A stretch of DNA of 26,454 nucleotides from a virus (IMGVR_UViG_3300006851_000021:1-26454), one strand, 5' to 3'; counted from the stretch's first letter, positions 17,995 through 26,092 are shown. Notes: a model not told the origin generated them from the sequence alone. Translations and numbers: made by a program.

Positions 17995-18743
17995 TACTTG
18001 TACTCCTCTACATAATCTGCTAACGGGTTAACACCGATACTAACCGGCAGGTCCTCGGTGATATGCAACCTATTTTTTGATACGTTGCTCGGCGTGGCGT
18101 AGGTTACGAGCACGCGCTGGCCATCTGTTACTGCTTGTTTGCGATCACCATCACCGGTTGTGTAAGTTTGCAGCTTGAGATACCCAACAACGTCCACATT
18201 GTCAGTGTATGGGCTGACGCTGGTCCTATGCAACCGCAGCTCATAACGGGTATAAGGGTCACCGTCTGGGGGGTCCATCTTCGCAATATCCGCATGGGCT
18301 ATAAAAACCACATGCATCCCTTTGGATACCAGCACGTCCGCAGCTTTTCGCACACGTCGATGCATCGTGGCAACGGCCTCACGGCCTGCGCCATAACCGC
18401 CGTTGGCCTGGTTGATGTTGCTTACTTTGGGATCATTGTCTACTACCTTTTGGATAAACATCTGCTCAAGCTGGGTAATACTGTCGATGATCACCGTCTT
18501 GTAGTCGTGCTCTTCGCTGCATAGCGCTTTGAGTTGGTCCCACAGATCCTCAACGCGGTTTATCACGGGCAGTGCGTCCGGTCGAAATCCTTTGGGTACT
18601 CCGTTGACGCCGTCCTCCGCGCGGATGACTACAGGCTTGGGCCACGTTGCGGCGGTTGTGGTTTTACCTAAACCGTTTTCGCCCAACAGGGTGACGACAA
18701 GGGGGCGATCCTCGGGTTGTTTTGCTTGGTCTACTATGCTCAT
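17994..18743 (-). CDS. Sak4-like AAA ATPase / ssDNA-annealing protein
   Basis: Walker A GENGLGKTT, Walker B VIIDS, VVFIAH and SKNR; coupled to the exonuclease and SSB genes. Confidence 0.85.
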   Translation of the reverse strand: MSIVDQAKQPEDRPLVVTLLGENGLGKTTTAATWPKPVVIRAEDGVNGVPKGFRPDALPVINRVEDLWDQLKALCSEEHDYKTVIIDSITQLEQMFIQKVVDNDPKVSNINQANGGYGAGREAVATMHRRVRKAADVLVSKGMHVVFIAHADIAKMDPPDGDPYTRYELRLHRTSVSPYTDNVDVVGYLKLQTYTTGDGDRKQAVTDGQRVLVTYATPSNVSKNRLHITEDLPVSIGVNPLADYVEEYK

Positions 18744-18820
18744 TTTGATTTCATCCCAGATAATAGGGCTTGCGCGTTTTTTATTGCGCCAGCCGGTGTG
18801 TAGATGCTTGTTGATTACTT

Positions 18821-19171
18821 TCAGCGTGTGCCCACTAGACCGCAGCCGCTATTACCGGCAGCCGTTTCAAGCGCCACAAGTTCGCCCTTGGTGTGAGCTA
18901 GGTGGGCAGCTTCTTCGCCATCACCCAGCCCGAAACCAGCCACCCATATCGCCATTGACCGGCTGCGGGCGTTGCGGTTTTTTTGTCTGGCTGCGTATTT
19001 TTCCTTGTCTTGCAATAGCTGCTGGTACTGGTCTTGCATCTGATCGCATGACAGGTTGGCGTACAGACTGGCATCGACCTGATCCGGCTTGATGTCCATT
19101 GGCGGCGTGCCGAGGGCGCAGCCTGACAGGGCGACGAGGGTGGCAGTGACTGTGATGATTTTGGTTTTCAT
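18821..19171 (-). CDS. Lipoprotein (paralog A)
   Basis: Signal peptide with lipobox LSGC; two further Cys; GGAG RBS. Confidence 0.8.
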   Translation of the reverse strand: MKTKIITVTATLVALSGCALGTPPMDIKPDQVDASLYANLSCDQMQDQYQQLLQDKEKYAARQKNRNARSRSMAIWVAGFGLGDGEEAAHLAHTKGELVALETAAGNSGCGLVGTR

Positions 19172-19317
19172 TGCTTTCTCCGTGGGTCACTTCTTCGTTA
19201 AAAATCCAGTTACACGGCATCTTTAATCAGCCGCTGTTTGTAAGCCCGTCTGGCCATCCATTCACGAAACATTGCCATTCCTCATTGCTATGCCTACGTG
19301 TTGTCGTATATCAAGCG

Positions 19318-19521
19318 TTAGGTATCATCTTCGCTAATGTACTGTTCATTGCTGTCCCACTGTCGTAGGAGCGCTTTTCGCGTGTAATTGATCGCTTCTC
19401 CTTGCATTCTTCTCTCGGTACTGCCGCGAGGTAACTCGATAGACTCCAAGGCGGCAAGAGCGGCCTGTAGTGCCCCGACGGCTTCTATGTGTTTTGCTTC
19501 CGACCCTTTAATCATATTCAT
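19318..19521 (-). CDS. Hypothetical protein
   Basis: Short helical ORF in the leftward block; GAGAGG near the start. Confidence 0.55.
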   Translation of the reverse strand: MNMIKGSEAKHIEAVGALQAALAALESIELPRGSTERRMQGEAINYTRKALLRQWDSNEQYISEDDT

Positions 19522-19542
19522 CCTCTCTACCTAACTTAGGCG

Positions 19543-19818
19543 TTATACCCCATTGGTGGCTTTTGTAATTGCGTTTTGTACCAGCTTCCATGCACTCGGC
19601 GGCATCGTTTTGCCATCGTCGTTTTCAAGGTTTTGCAACGCTTCCAGCATATCTGGCGCGGCTGCAATCAAGTTCGCGTTGGCCTCGTTTGGGTAATCGC
19701 TGTTGCTGACATGCGCGACAAGCCGGGAACCTGAAAATATTCGGGGTGACGGATGCTGTTCCGTAAGCTCTGCAATTTTCCACGGGGCTGGGCTGTGTTT
19801 TATCTCTGCGTTATTCAT
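19543..19818 (-). CDS. Phage hypothetical protein (KHxPxPW...ANAxLIAAAP type)
   Basis: KHSPAPW and EANANLIAAAPDMLEAL motifs; start set at 19818. Confidence 0.75.
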   Translation of the reverse strand: MNNAEIKHSPAPWKIAELTEQHPSPRIFSGSRLVAHVSNSDYPNEANANLIAAAPDMLEALQNLENDDGKTMPPSAWKLVQNAITKATNGV

Positions 19819-19988
19819 GGTGTATATCCTGTGTTGTGGCATAACGAAGCGCCGAACTTGCCGTTTCCGTCTTTCCGACCGTAGTCATAAACTAATCTCA
19901 GATTGGCTACGGCTGTCCCGTTGGCTGTATACCTCACGTCGGCGTCTTGCCCCAGTCGTGCTAGTGTGTGTGCTTTCATAATTCATTC

Positions 19989-20096
19989 TCAATATTCAGA
20001 CTGGGCGGCCAGCGCATGCAGAGGATCATCCGGCCATTCCGGAAACTTTCTTGTGGCTCAGCCAACTTCGTCCATGATCTCGTTGTATAACTGCAT
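19989..20096 (-). pseudogene. Probable decayed MazG-like gene fragment
   Basis: GGGAGG RBS, then MQLYNEIMDEVG*ATRKFPEWPDDPLHALAAQSEY* with an internal TGA at 20058-20060. Confidence 0.45.
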
Positions 20097-20098
20097 GG

Positions 20099-20443
20099 CT
20101 AGCCTCCCGTGATTTCGCAGCCACCATCAGCAGCAGCCTGTTTTATCGCCTGTATCTCGCCTTTAGTACGCGCCAGGTCTTTCGCCGCCTGACCATCACC
20201 AGCGCCAAACCCGGCAATCCACAACGCCATTGTCCGATTCATGGCCCGGCGATCCTCTTGTTGATCGACATAACGTCGCTTGTCCTGCTGCAACTGCTGG
20301 TACTGATCGGCCATTTGATCGCACGACAGGCCGGTGTACTGACTGGCATCAACCGGGTCTGGCTGGATATCCATCGGCGGCGTGCCAAGGGCGCATCCAG
20401 ACAGCAGAGCAACGGCGGCGGTGGTTGTGATTAGCTTTTTCAT
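20099..20443 (-). CDS. Lipoprotein (paralog B)
   Basis: Start MKKLITT at 20443 with AAGGAG RBS; lipobox LSGC; clear paralog of 18821-19171. Confidence 0.82.
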   Translation of the reverse strand: MKKLITTTAAVALLSGCALGTPPMDIQPDPVDASQYTGLSCDQMADQYQQLQQDKRRYVDQQEDRRAMNRTMALWIAGFGAGDGQAAKDLARTKGEIQAIKQAAADGGCEITGG

Positions 20444-20473
20444 TTTGTAGTACTCCTTTACTTGTGAGGTTAT

Positions 20474-20502
20474 AGTATCCCACTCTCGATATTGAAAGTC
20501 AA
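20474..20502 (-). promoter_or_regulatory. Sigma70-type promoter
   Basis: TTGACT-N17-GATACT with extended -10 TG. Confidence 0.7.
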
Positions 20503-22736
20503 CCCTTTTTCTCATAAAAATAATATTCAGTCCCGTTGCCCTTGTGTTTGCGGGTCGTGCGCTTGATATGTCCGTTATCCGCCAGCCATTTCAGCATATT
20601 TTCGGCGTCCTGCCTCTTGTAGTGCTTTGCCCGCGTCACGCGCTGCATGATCACGCTCTCTTTCTCGCCATCGCCGATGATGTCCAGTAGGCGGCTTAGC
20701 AACGCATCGTCGGTATCCGGGTTGATGTTGGCCTGCGCAAGATTGATCTTGGTCTCAATGTCGGCCATTACATATTGATACGCCCACTGGCAATGCTCTA
20801 TCGTGCGGATCCGCTCCGGCACGGCCAGTATGGTACTGATACGGCTCACTTGCTCATATCCACGGCGGACGATCGACTCCAGCCCTGTCCGGGACTTGTG
20901 TACCTCGGCCAGCTCATGCAAATCATCGTATACCCGGTCCATATAGGACTGTGCCTCGGCGTCGGTGTGGATCACGGTTTTGTCACCGTAATACTCAATC
21001 CGTGGTATGTCCTTGACCTCGTACTCCCCGCCAGTGTAGATCATCTCCAGCGTATGGCGTATCTCGGTGGGGACCGGGTGCTTGTTGCGTTGTTTGCGCC
21101 GCGGGTTGCTCTCGTGCTCACGCACGATAATGGACCGGCCAACAAAACCATTTGTAGCTTGCTCGGCGGTCACAAAATCATCAAACGACACCGGTGTGGT
21201 CATGCCAAAAATCGACAGAAATGGTCGTTGCAACCCCTCTTCTATCTGTGGCAGTGCCGTCTCTTTGATCTGCTGCGCACGCCGTCGAAAAAACCCTCTC
21301 GGGTCTTCGTTGTTTTTGATCCGGGTTTCGCAATCCTTGTACTCACGCACCAGCTCGTTACGCACGTCCTTTTTAATGTCGCCGCTCACCAGGTAGCTAC
21401 CGTCGGCTTTGGTATAGACGCTCATGAAGGTGCTGATCACGTTTTGCAGGTAAGACGCCCCGCCACCATTGCGCGCACCCTCCAGCTTTTGCAGCAGGTA
21501 GCCCATTTCGTCCAGCTGGTAATAGGCCGCTTGGTGGGTGATCAAGTTGCGGACAATTTCTTGCTCGGATTTGACAGCGCCATATGTGGCGTGGTGCAGT
21601 CCGACTGATTTCATCAGCTCGTTGACAGCCTGCAGTACAGCCTCTTTGCCGGTGCTGCTGTGCGCAGTGCATAGCATCAACAGGTTGAGATTGACCCCTG
21701 TCATGTCATCGGTGTAGCGCAGCCCGGCGATATTGCCCATGACATACAGCGCACCCGCCGTGGCGAGCCGCTCGCGGGGGTATCGGCATTGATCATGTAT
21801 CCACGATTTGATTTTGCCGGTCAGGCCGGGTGGATTCATTAGGTCGACGTTAGCGTGGTCGCTGGGGGCGATATCCTCATCATCCAACATGATCGGGCGC
21901 TGGTAGCCGTTTTGCTCGGCATAGTGTACTAGAGTACCCACCCGCACGGGATTATCGCACTTGCCAAAGCTGTGCCAGCGCTTGTCAAGCGTCTCGGTGC
22001 CGGGATAGGTTTTACCCTTGCTGCTCCAGTCATCCCACAGGTACAGCCCGTTGCCACCGGTGGCATGATGTAACGCCATACCGCATTGGATCCATGTCGC
22101 ATGGTCGCAGTCGGGGTCGACGTGTTGCAGTATCCCGGCCAGCTCTTTGTCACTGACGTCCCAAGTCTTGCCCTTGTATTCAACGCGTTGCCGGTCAGGC
22201 TTGGCCAGCATGGCCAGCAGCCAATCCGGGGCGGGGTTGAGCGGCTCGGCGATGTCGCACACGGTGGTGTAACGCTTGCCACTCTTGTGCAGGCTACCGA
22301 CGCCCACGACGTAGCCGCTGGTCTTAAAGTCAATGCCGGGATAGTCCTTGACATGTTGGACATAGGCGGCTTTGTCTGCTGGCAGGTCAAAATAAATATG
22401 CAGGCCACCACTGCCCGTATTGACCACCAACGTGGACAGCGTGCCCAGCATGGGGTCAAGTTTTTCCAGACTTTCGTTGCCACCATTGCGGGGGTCGACA
22501 TCCACCACGAGAAAGCCTTTGACCAGCACGCCAAAGCCGTCTTTAGCCGCCGTGTGCTCCACCAGATTGTCAAACTGCTCATCGCTCCAGTGGGGCGTAA
22601 GTTGCCACTTGGCCGCCGTCGGGTGCTTGCCTGCATTGTCGCAGTCGGGGTTGTCGCACGCGCACTGGCCGTCTTTTGTCATGGGGTACAGTGTGAAAAC
22701 CCGGTACCCGGCATCGTGGTAGGCTTGGATGCTCAT
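20499..22736 (-). CDS. DNA primase (Prim-Pol N-domain, PriCT-2, P-loop-like domain, C-terminal wHTH)
   Basis: CACDNPDCDNAGKHP, VVDVDPRNGG, TGSGGLHIYF, WIQCGMALH...WDDWS, STGKE and LDEMG. Confidence 0.9.
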   Translation of the reverse strand: MSIQAYHDAGYRVFTLYPMTKDGQCACDNPDCDNAGKHPTAAKWQLTPHWSDEQFDNLVEHTAAKDGFGVLVKGFLVVDVDPRNGGNESLEKLDPMLGTLSTLVVNTGSGGLHIYFDLPADKAAYVQHVKDYPGIDFKTSGYVVGVGSLHKSGKRYTTVCDIAEPLNPAPDWLLAMLAKPDRQRVEYKGKTWDVSDKELAGILQHVDPDCDHATWIQCGMALHHATGGNGLYLWDDWSSKGKTYPGTETLDKRWHSFGKCDNPVRVGTLVHYAEQNGYQRPIMLDDEDIAPSDHANVDLMNPPGLTGKIKSWIHDQCRYPRERLATAGALYVMGNIAGLRYTDDMTGVNLNLLMLCTAHSSTGKEAVLQAVNELMKSVGLHHATYGAVKSEQEIVRNLITHQAAYYQLDEMGYLLQKLEGARNGGGASYLQNVISTFMSVYTKADGSYLVSGDIKKDVRNELVREYKDCETRIKNNEDPRGFFRRRAQQIKETALPQIEEGLQRPFLSIFGMTTPVSFDDFVTAEQATNGFVGRSIIVREHESNPRRKQRNKHPVPTEIRHTLEMIYTGGEYEVKDIPRIEYYGDKTVIHTDAEAQSYMDRVYDDLHELAEVHKSRTGLESIVRRGYEQVSRISTILAVPERIRTIEHCQWAYQYVMADIETKINLAQANINPDTDDALLSRLLDIIGDGEKESVIMQRVTRAKHYKRQDAENMLKWLADNGHIKRTTRKHKGNGTEYYFYEKKG

Positions 22737-23062
22737 TGTGCCAATTCTTGCAGCGCGTCCCGTGTGACCTCGATGACGTATCGGGGATTGAGTCCCAGCA
22801 CGTCATAAACCGGGTTGTTTTCATTCATGAAAAACTCGATCGTGTCCAGATCACCGGCGACCAATTCGCGGTAGTTTTGCTCCAACACGCCAAACCAAAG
22901 CGCCCTCTCGGCCAGATCAAAACGATCACGTGGCTTGCCGGGTGCGCTATGCAGGTAAAACGGGCAGGCGTACTGTAGCTTTTTTACCCAATTGCGTTTA
23001 GCTTGGGATTTGCACAGAGCGGGTGACTGCGCGGCCCGGCATACCAGATTTTTACTCAGCAT
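22733..23062 (-). CDS. Hypothetical protein
   Basis: 109 aa, overlapping both neighbours. Confidence 0.65.
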   Translation of the reverse strand: MLSKNLVCRAAQSPALCKSQAKRNWVKKLQYACPFYLHSAPGKPRDRFDLAERALWFGVLEQNYRELVAGDLDTIEFFMNENNPVYDVLGLNPRYVIEVTRDALQELAQ

Positions 23063-23315
23063 TTAGTCGATCCTCAACCAGTTTTGCATAGCCTGCGATG
23101 TCGTGCCACGAGTCGGAGTAGTTGGGGTCGCCGTTGAGGATGCGGGCTATTTTGTGTTGGATCATGTCTAGGGCTTCTTTTTGGTCGGATTTCAGCCCGC
23201 GCCACCCCTCGGCCATCTTCATGTCGGCTTTTAACGTCTGGGATATGCGCGCATGCTCCAAAAAAATACCATACCGGGTTTCACGCTCGGCTAGTGTTTC
23301 GTCGATGTTTGTCAT
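23052..23315 (-). CDS. DUF6378-like phage protein
   Basis: TLAERETRYG.F...KIARILNGDPNYSDSWHDIAGYA. Confidence 0.8.
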   Translation of the reverse strand: MTNIDETLAERETRYGIFLEHARISQTLKADMKMAEGWRGLKSDQKEALDMIQHKIARILNGDPNYSDSWHDIAGYAKLVEDRLNAE

Positions 23316-23349
23316 GGTTTGTGTCTTTGGTTAGTTGTAGTGCGCTGCC

Positions 23350-23378
23350 ATTATGGCAGTTTTTGGGGGATGGTGCAA
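23350..23378 (-). promoter_or_regulatory. Sigma70-type promoter for the primase operon
   Basis: TTGCAC-N17-CATAAT with extended -10 TG. Confidence 0.65.
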
Positions 23379-23381
23379 GGG

Positions 23382-24095
23382 TTAGGATTGCATTTGTTTG
23401 AGGGCCAGACGAAACACGGTGGCGATTGATTCATCATCCTGCTCCATTTTGGCGTAGGTCTTTGTATCCGTATCAAGTGCTCTTGCTGCCTGCGCGGGTG
23501 TCAAATCTTCGGCTTGCCGCCAACGAGCCAGTATGACGCCTGATGCGGTCTGCGATGTGCTACGTGTTAATACGGTGGCCTGTAATTGCTTGTTGACAAC
23601 GCGCGTTGCTGCACGGATGCCTGTATCTAGTCGGATTTGATTCAACGCCGACCTGATTGAGCCGGGGTCTACATGTTGCTGGGTGAATGGTTGTTTTGCG
23701 CGGATCGTTACATTAGAGCCTATTGGGTGACTCATTAATTGATCGTAAACCTGACCAATCACAGTGTGGGACGCATATAGCGGCTTGGGCTTTTTGTTTG
23801 ATTCGTGGTCCTGTGCTTCTTGCTCCAATATCGGTCGTGCTTTGGATTCGTCGCGCCGAAGCTCTAAGTAACGTTTACTATTGCCCGCGTGATGCTCTAC
23901 TTTACAGGATATGATCTCTCGCTCCACAAGGTCAGTCAATGCATCTTGTACTTGGCTTTCGGTATACCTATTTGACCGCTTTGCTCTCTGCATGAGCACG
24001 CTTTTCTTGGTCCATCCGCGCGTAAGTTTCAACAGTCTTTGCTCTAGCGTGTCGCTCTGCTTCAGCGTTTCGGCGCGGCGTGATGATGAATCCAT
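23382..24095 (-). CDS. DNA-binding protein: primase-like wHTH plus C-terminal XRE-type HTH
   Basis: Start MDSSS at 24095 (GGAG RBS). The N-domain aligns with the primase C-terminus; the C-terminus is LARWRQAEDLTPAQAARALDTDTKTYAKME. Confidence 0.75.
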   Translation of the reverse strand: MDSSSRRAETLKQSDTLEQRLLKLTRGWTKKSVLMQRAKRSNRYTESQVQDALTDLVEREIISCKVEHHAGNSKRYLELRRDESKARPILEQEAQDHESNKKPKPLYASHTVIGQVYDQLMSHPIGSNVTIRAKQPFTQQHVDPGSIRSALNQIRLDTGIRAATRVVNKQLQATVLTRSTSQTASGVILARWRQAEDLTPAQAARALDTDTKTYAKMEQDDESIATVFRLALKQMQS

Positions 24096-24124
24096 GTAGT
24101 GCTCCAGTTTTGATTTGAGATTAC

Positions 24125-24153
24125 AGTATAGCATCTTATGGTTAATTGCACAA
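24125..24153 (-). promoter_or_regulatory. Sigma70-type promoter
   Basis: TTGTGC-N17-TATACT with extended -10 TG. Confidence 0.65.
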
Positions 24154-24159
24154 CGAGCA

Positions 24160-24640
24160 CGATTAGAGATACCGTGAAATCGGCGTAAAATGTAGGTTGT
24201 TGTGTTTAATTGCGTAACATGACTTTATAAAATTATCGTGGCTGCAAATCCTGCATACCATGCGACACGTGAGCTGACCCTGCAACCCATTGATTTTACT
24301 TGATTCACGATTTTTGGCCGTTTGCTCTGCGCTTGCTCTGCTTAAATGCGAATGATTATCATTCAAAGGTAATAAACCCTTTAAATACAGCTATATACAT
24401 TTTTTTATGTATTACTTAGTAATAGATACATCTATCTGGTTAGCAGATTATCAGTCTTTTTTTGGGTGTCGATCTTTTTGGATAAATTTTTGTTTTTCTC
24501 TCTCCGGGTTTCTCTTAGGGGACTGATATTGTGATATTTAGAAGTTTTCTTAATGAAATCATACACATATCGACGTTATCCCTGCGCAAGCTGTGCGCAA
24601 GTCTGTTGATTTTAAAGGACTTTTTTCGTTTCGTCTGCTT
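24160..24640. other. AT-rich non-coding region, probable replication origin/control region
   Basis: Largest intergenic, AT-rich stretch; lies between divergent genes near the primase; IHF-consensus match at 24283-24295. Confidence 0.5.
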
Positions 24641-24643
24641 GGC

Positions 24644-24672
24644 TGGCCTGACGGCGCCCGATGCGGTATAAT
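24644..24672 (+). promoter_or_regulatory. Possible rightward promoter
   Basis: Perfect TATAAT at 24667-24672 with a weak -35. Confidence 0.45.
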
Positions 24673-24717
24673 AGACGCAGGCTGTGACAGGCCGCCGAAA
24701 TAGTGAGATGGTTGTAG

Positions 24718-24786
24718 ACCCGCACATCTGGACTGACCGGCGCTCACTGCCAACTGTCACCAGTCTGGATGTGCGGGTTTTTTATT
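24718..24786 (+). terminator. Terminator-like hairpin in the parB-N leader
   Basis: 18-bp stem 24718-24735/24761-24778 with two G-U pairs, followed by a T-tract. Confidence 0.65.
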
Positions 24787-24795
24787 GGAGTTGAC

Positions 24796-25194
24796 ATGAC
24801 TGAACAGAAATGGATACCTATAGACCAGTTGGCCCCGCATCCGCACAACATGCGTAGCGGCACAATGCGGGTTGATGAAATTGTCAGCCGCATGGAAGCG
24901 GACGGCTACAACATTGTTTATCCGATGTTGGTTAGGCCGATGGAAAGTGGTTATCAGATTATTGGCGGCCACCGTCGTCACGAAGCCGCAAAGACGGCAG
25001 GCATTGACGAAGTGTTTTGCGTCGTCAAGGAAATGACGGACGATGAAGCCACCCTAGCCATTGGCGAAGACAATCAACGCCAAGACCCGCCGTGGTACGA
25101 CTTGTGTTTGTATGTGGCGAATAATGCGGTGATGTATATCCCGATGCGGGAGCTTCGACGGGAAGGATGTATTTTGCAGTTTGGGTACGAGTAA
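24796..25194 (+). CDS. ParB/Srx N-terminal domain protein
   Basis: Start MTEQKW at 24796 with GGAG RBS; IDQLAPHPHNMR, PMLVRP, YQIIGGHRRHEAAK and EDNQR. Confidence 0.85.
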   Translation: MTEQKWIPIDQLAPHPHNMRSGTMRVDEIVSRMEADGYNIVYPMLVRPMESGYQIIGGHRRHEAAKTAGIDEVFCVVKEMTDDEATLAIGEDNQRQDPPWYDLCLYVANNAVMYIPMRELRREGCILQFGYE

Positions 25195-25283
25195 TGGGCG
25201 CAAGGTTTTGGGCGCTTTTTATGCAGAATAAAGACTGAAGTCATCACAGGACGGGTGTCGATCATCCCTATATCCGGGCCATT

Positions 25284-25309
25284 AAAAAACCCCGCCAAGT
25301 GACGGGGTT
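25284..25309 (-). terminator. Intrinsic terminator of the leftward early genes
   Basis: Minus strand AACCCCGTCACTTGGCGGGGTTTTTT. Confidence 0.75.
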
Positions 25310-25318
25310 GGGTGTGCG

Positions 25319-25387
25319 CTAGATCGCCATGCCCATAGCATACCCTAGTGCGATAGCCAGCGCGATAGCGAATAGGTATGCTTTCAT
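25319..25387 (-). CDS. 22-aa hydrophobic peptide
   Basis: MKAYLFAIALAIALGYAMGMAI; GGAG RBS; ATGA overlap with the upstream gene. Confidence 0.5.
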   Translation of the reverse strand: MKAYLFAIALAIALGYAMGMAI

Positions 25388-25509
25388 AACTCCAGCCCTC
25401 CATCCATACCGGCGGCTCGCCAAAGGCGCAAGGCTCGGTCGACATGGCCCAGAGATAGCGCCAGCTTTGCCAGCGCTCTGGCGCGGTGGTTATAGTCCAA
25501 ATGCTTCAT
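25384..25509 (-). CDS. Small hypothetical protein
   Basis: MKHLDYNHRARALAK...; AGGAGGAG RBS. Confidence 0.55.
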   Translation of the reverse strand: MKHLDYNHRARALAKLALSLGHVDRALRLWRAAGMDGGLEL

Positions 25510-25633
25510 CGCACTCCTCCTGTAGCTCAAGCGCTTGCTGTGGGGTAATGTCACCCTGATGCGTGGCGTACATGATGGCGCCACGTGCCATAGCATACGC
25601 CGCGGATGACTCCGGGGTGATCGTGGCGATCAT
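25490..25633 (-). CDS. Small hypothetical protein
   Basis: Hand translation MIATITPESSAAYAMARGAIMYATHQGDITPQQALELQEECDEAFGL; fills the gap in the operon. Confidence 0.5.
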   Translation of the reverse strand: MIATITPESSAAYAMARGAIMYATHQGDITPQQALELQEECDEAFGL

Positions 25634-25637
25634 TGAT

Positions 25638-25994
25638 TTAAGATACTGCATTGAGATACTCCTTGACCTGCTTTTGTAGATCGTCTGTTGTGGCGCTGAC
25701 CTTGCGGGTCAGCTTGTCATAGTCACCCATAGCCCCGCCGCGTGGTGCGTCGTTGCCTGTGATGACGTTGTAACCGCAGATATGGGCTACGTCGATCGCG
25801 ACGTATGCGCCAACAATGTTTTGATACCGAGTGTTGCGACCAGTGCCATTTTGTCTCAGGGTGCGAATCTTGCGACCCGCGAAAAGGTCGGACAGGTAGC
25901 TGTCAACATACATGCCGCGGTGGTAGTCACCGGCTTTGGTGAAGGCGCCTGTGTCCATGATGCGGGAGAGTTGCTTGCGGGTTAACTGTTTCAT
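25638..25994 (-). CDS. Hypothetical early protein
   Basis: 118 aa, GGAG RBS, first gene after the 26028-26056 promoter. Confidence 0.7.
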   Translation of the reverse strand: MKQLTRKQLSRIMDTGAFTKAGDYHRGMYVDSYLSDLFAGRKIRTLRQNGTGRNTRYQNIVGAYVAIDVAHICGYNVITGNDAPRGGAMGDYDKLTRKVSATTDDLQKQVKEYLNAVS

Positions 25995-26027
25995 TTCTAT
26001 CGCTCCATTTGTTTAGCGTGGGTCCAG

Positions 26028-26056
26028 TGTTGCACCTACTTCTGAGGATGTCAAGC
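26028..26056 (-). promoter_or_regulatory. Sigma70-type promoter
   Basis: TTGACA-N17-AACACT with extended -10 TG. Confidence 0.6.
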
Positions 26057-26092
26057 ACTTTTGAAAAAAAATTATGGTACAATGTAATCATC

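Noticed and set aside
19200-20096. TGA read-through or alternative genetic code, suggested by in-frame TGA codons in small ORFs
   Set aside because: Many core genes (TMP, Dit-like, J-like, helicase, primase) end properly at TGA with ATGA coupling, and the long genes have no internal stops.
15003-22808. Long antisense or alternate-frame ORFs (15003-15854, 20775-21608, 21929-22636, 22086-22808)
   Set aside because: They shadow the helicase and primase genes and show no motifs; this is expected from codon bias.
24163-24760. Small ORFs in the AT-rich region
   Set aside because: No convincing RBS or protein-like composition; better explained as non-coding control DNA.
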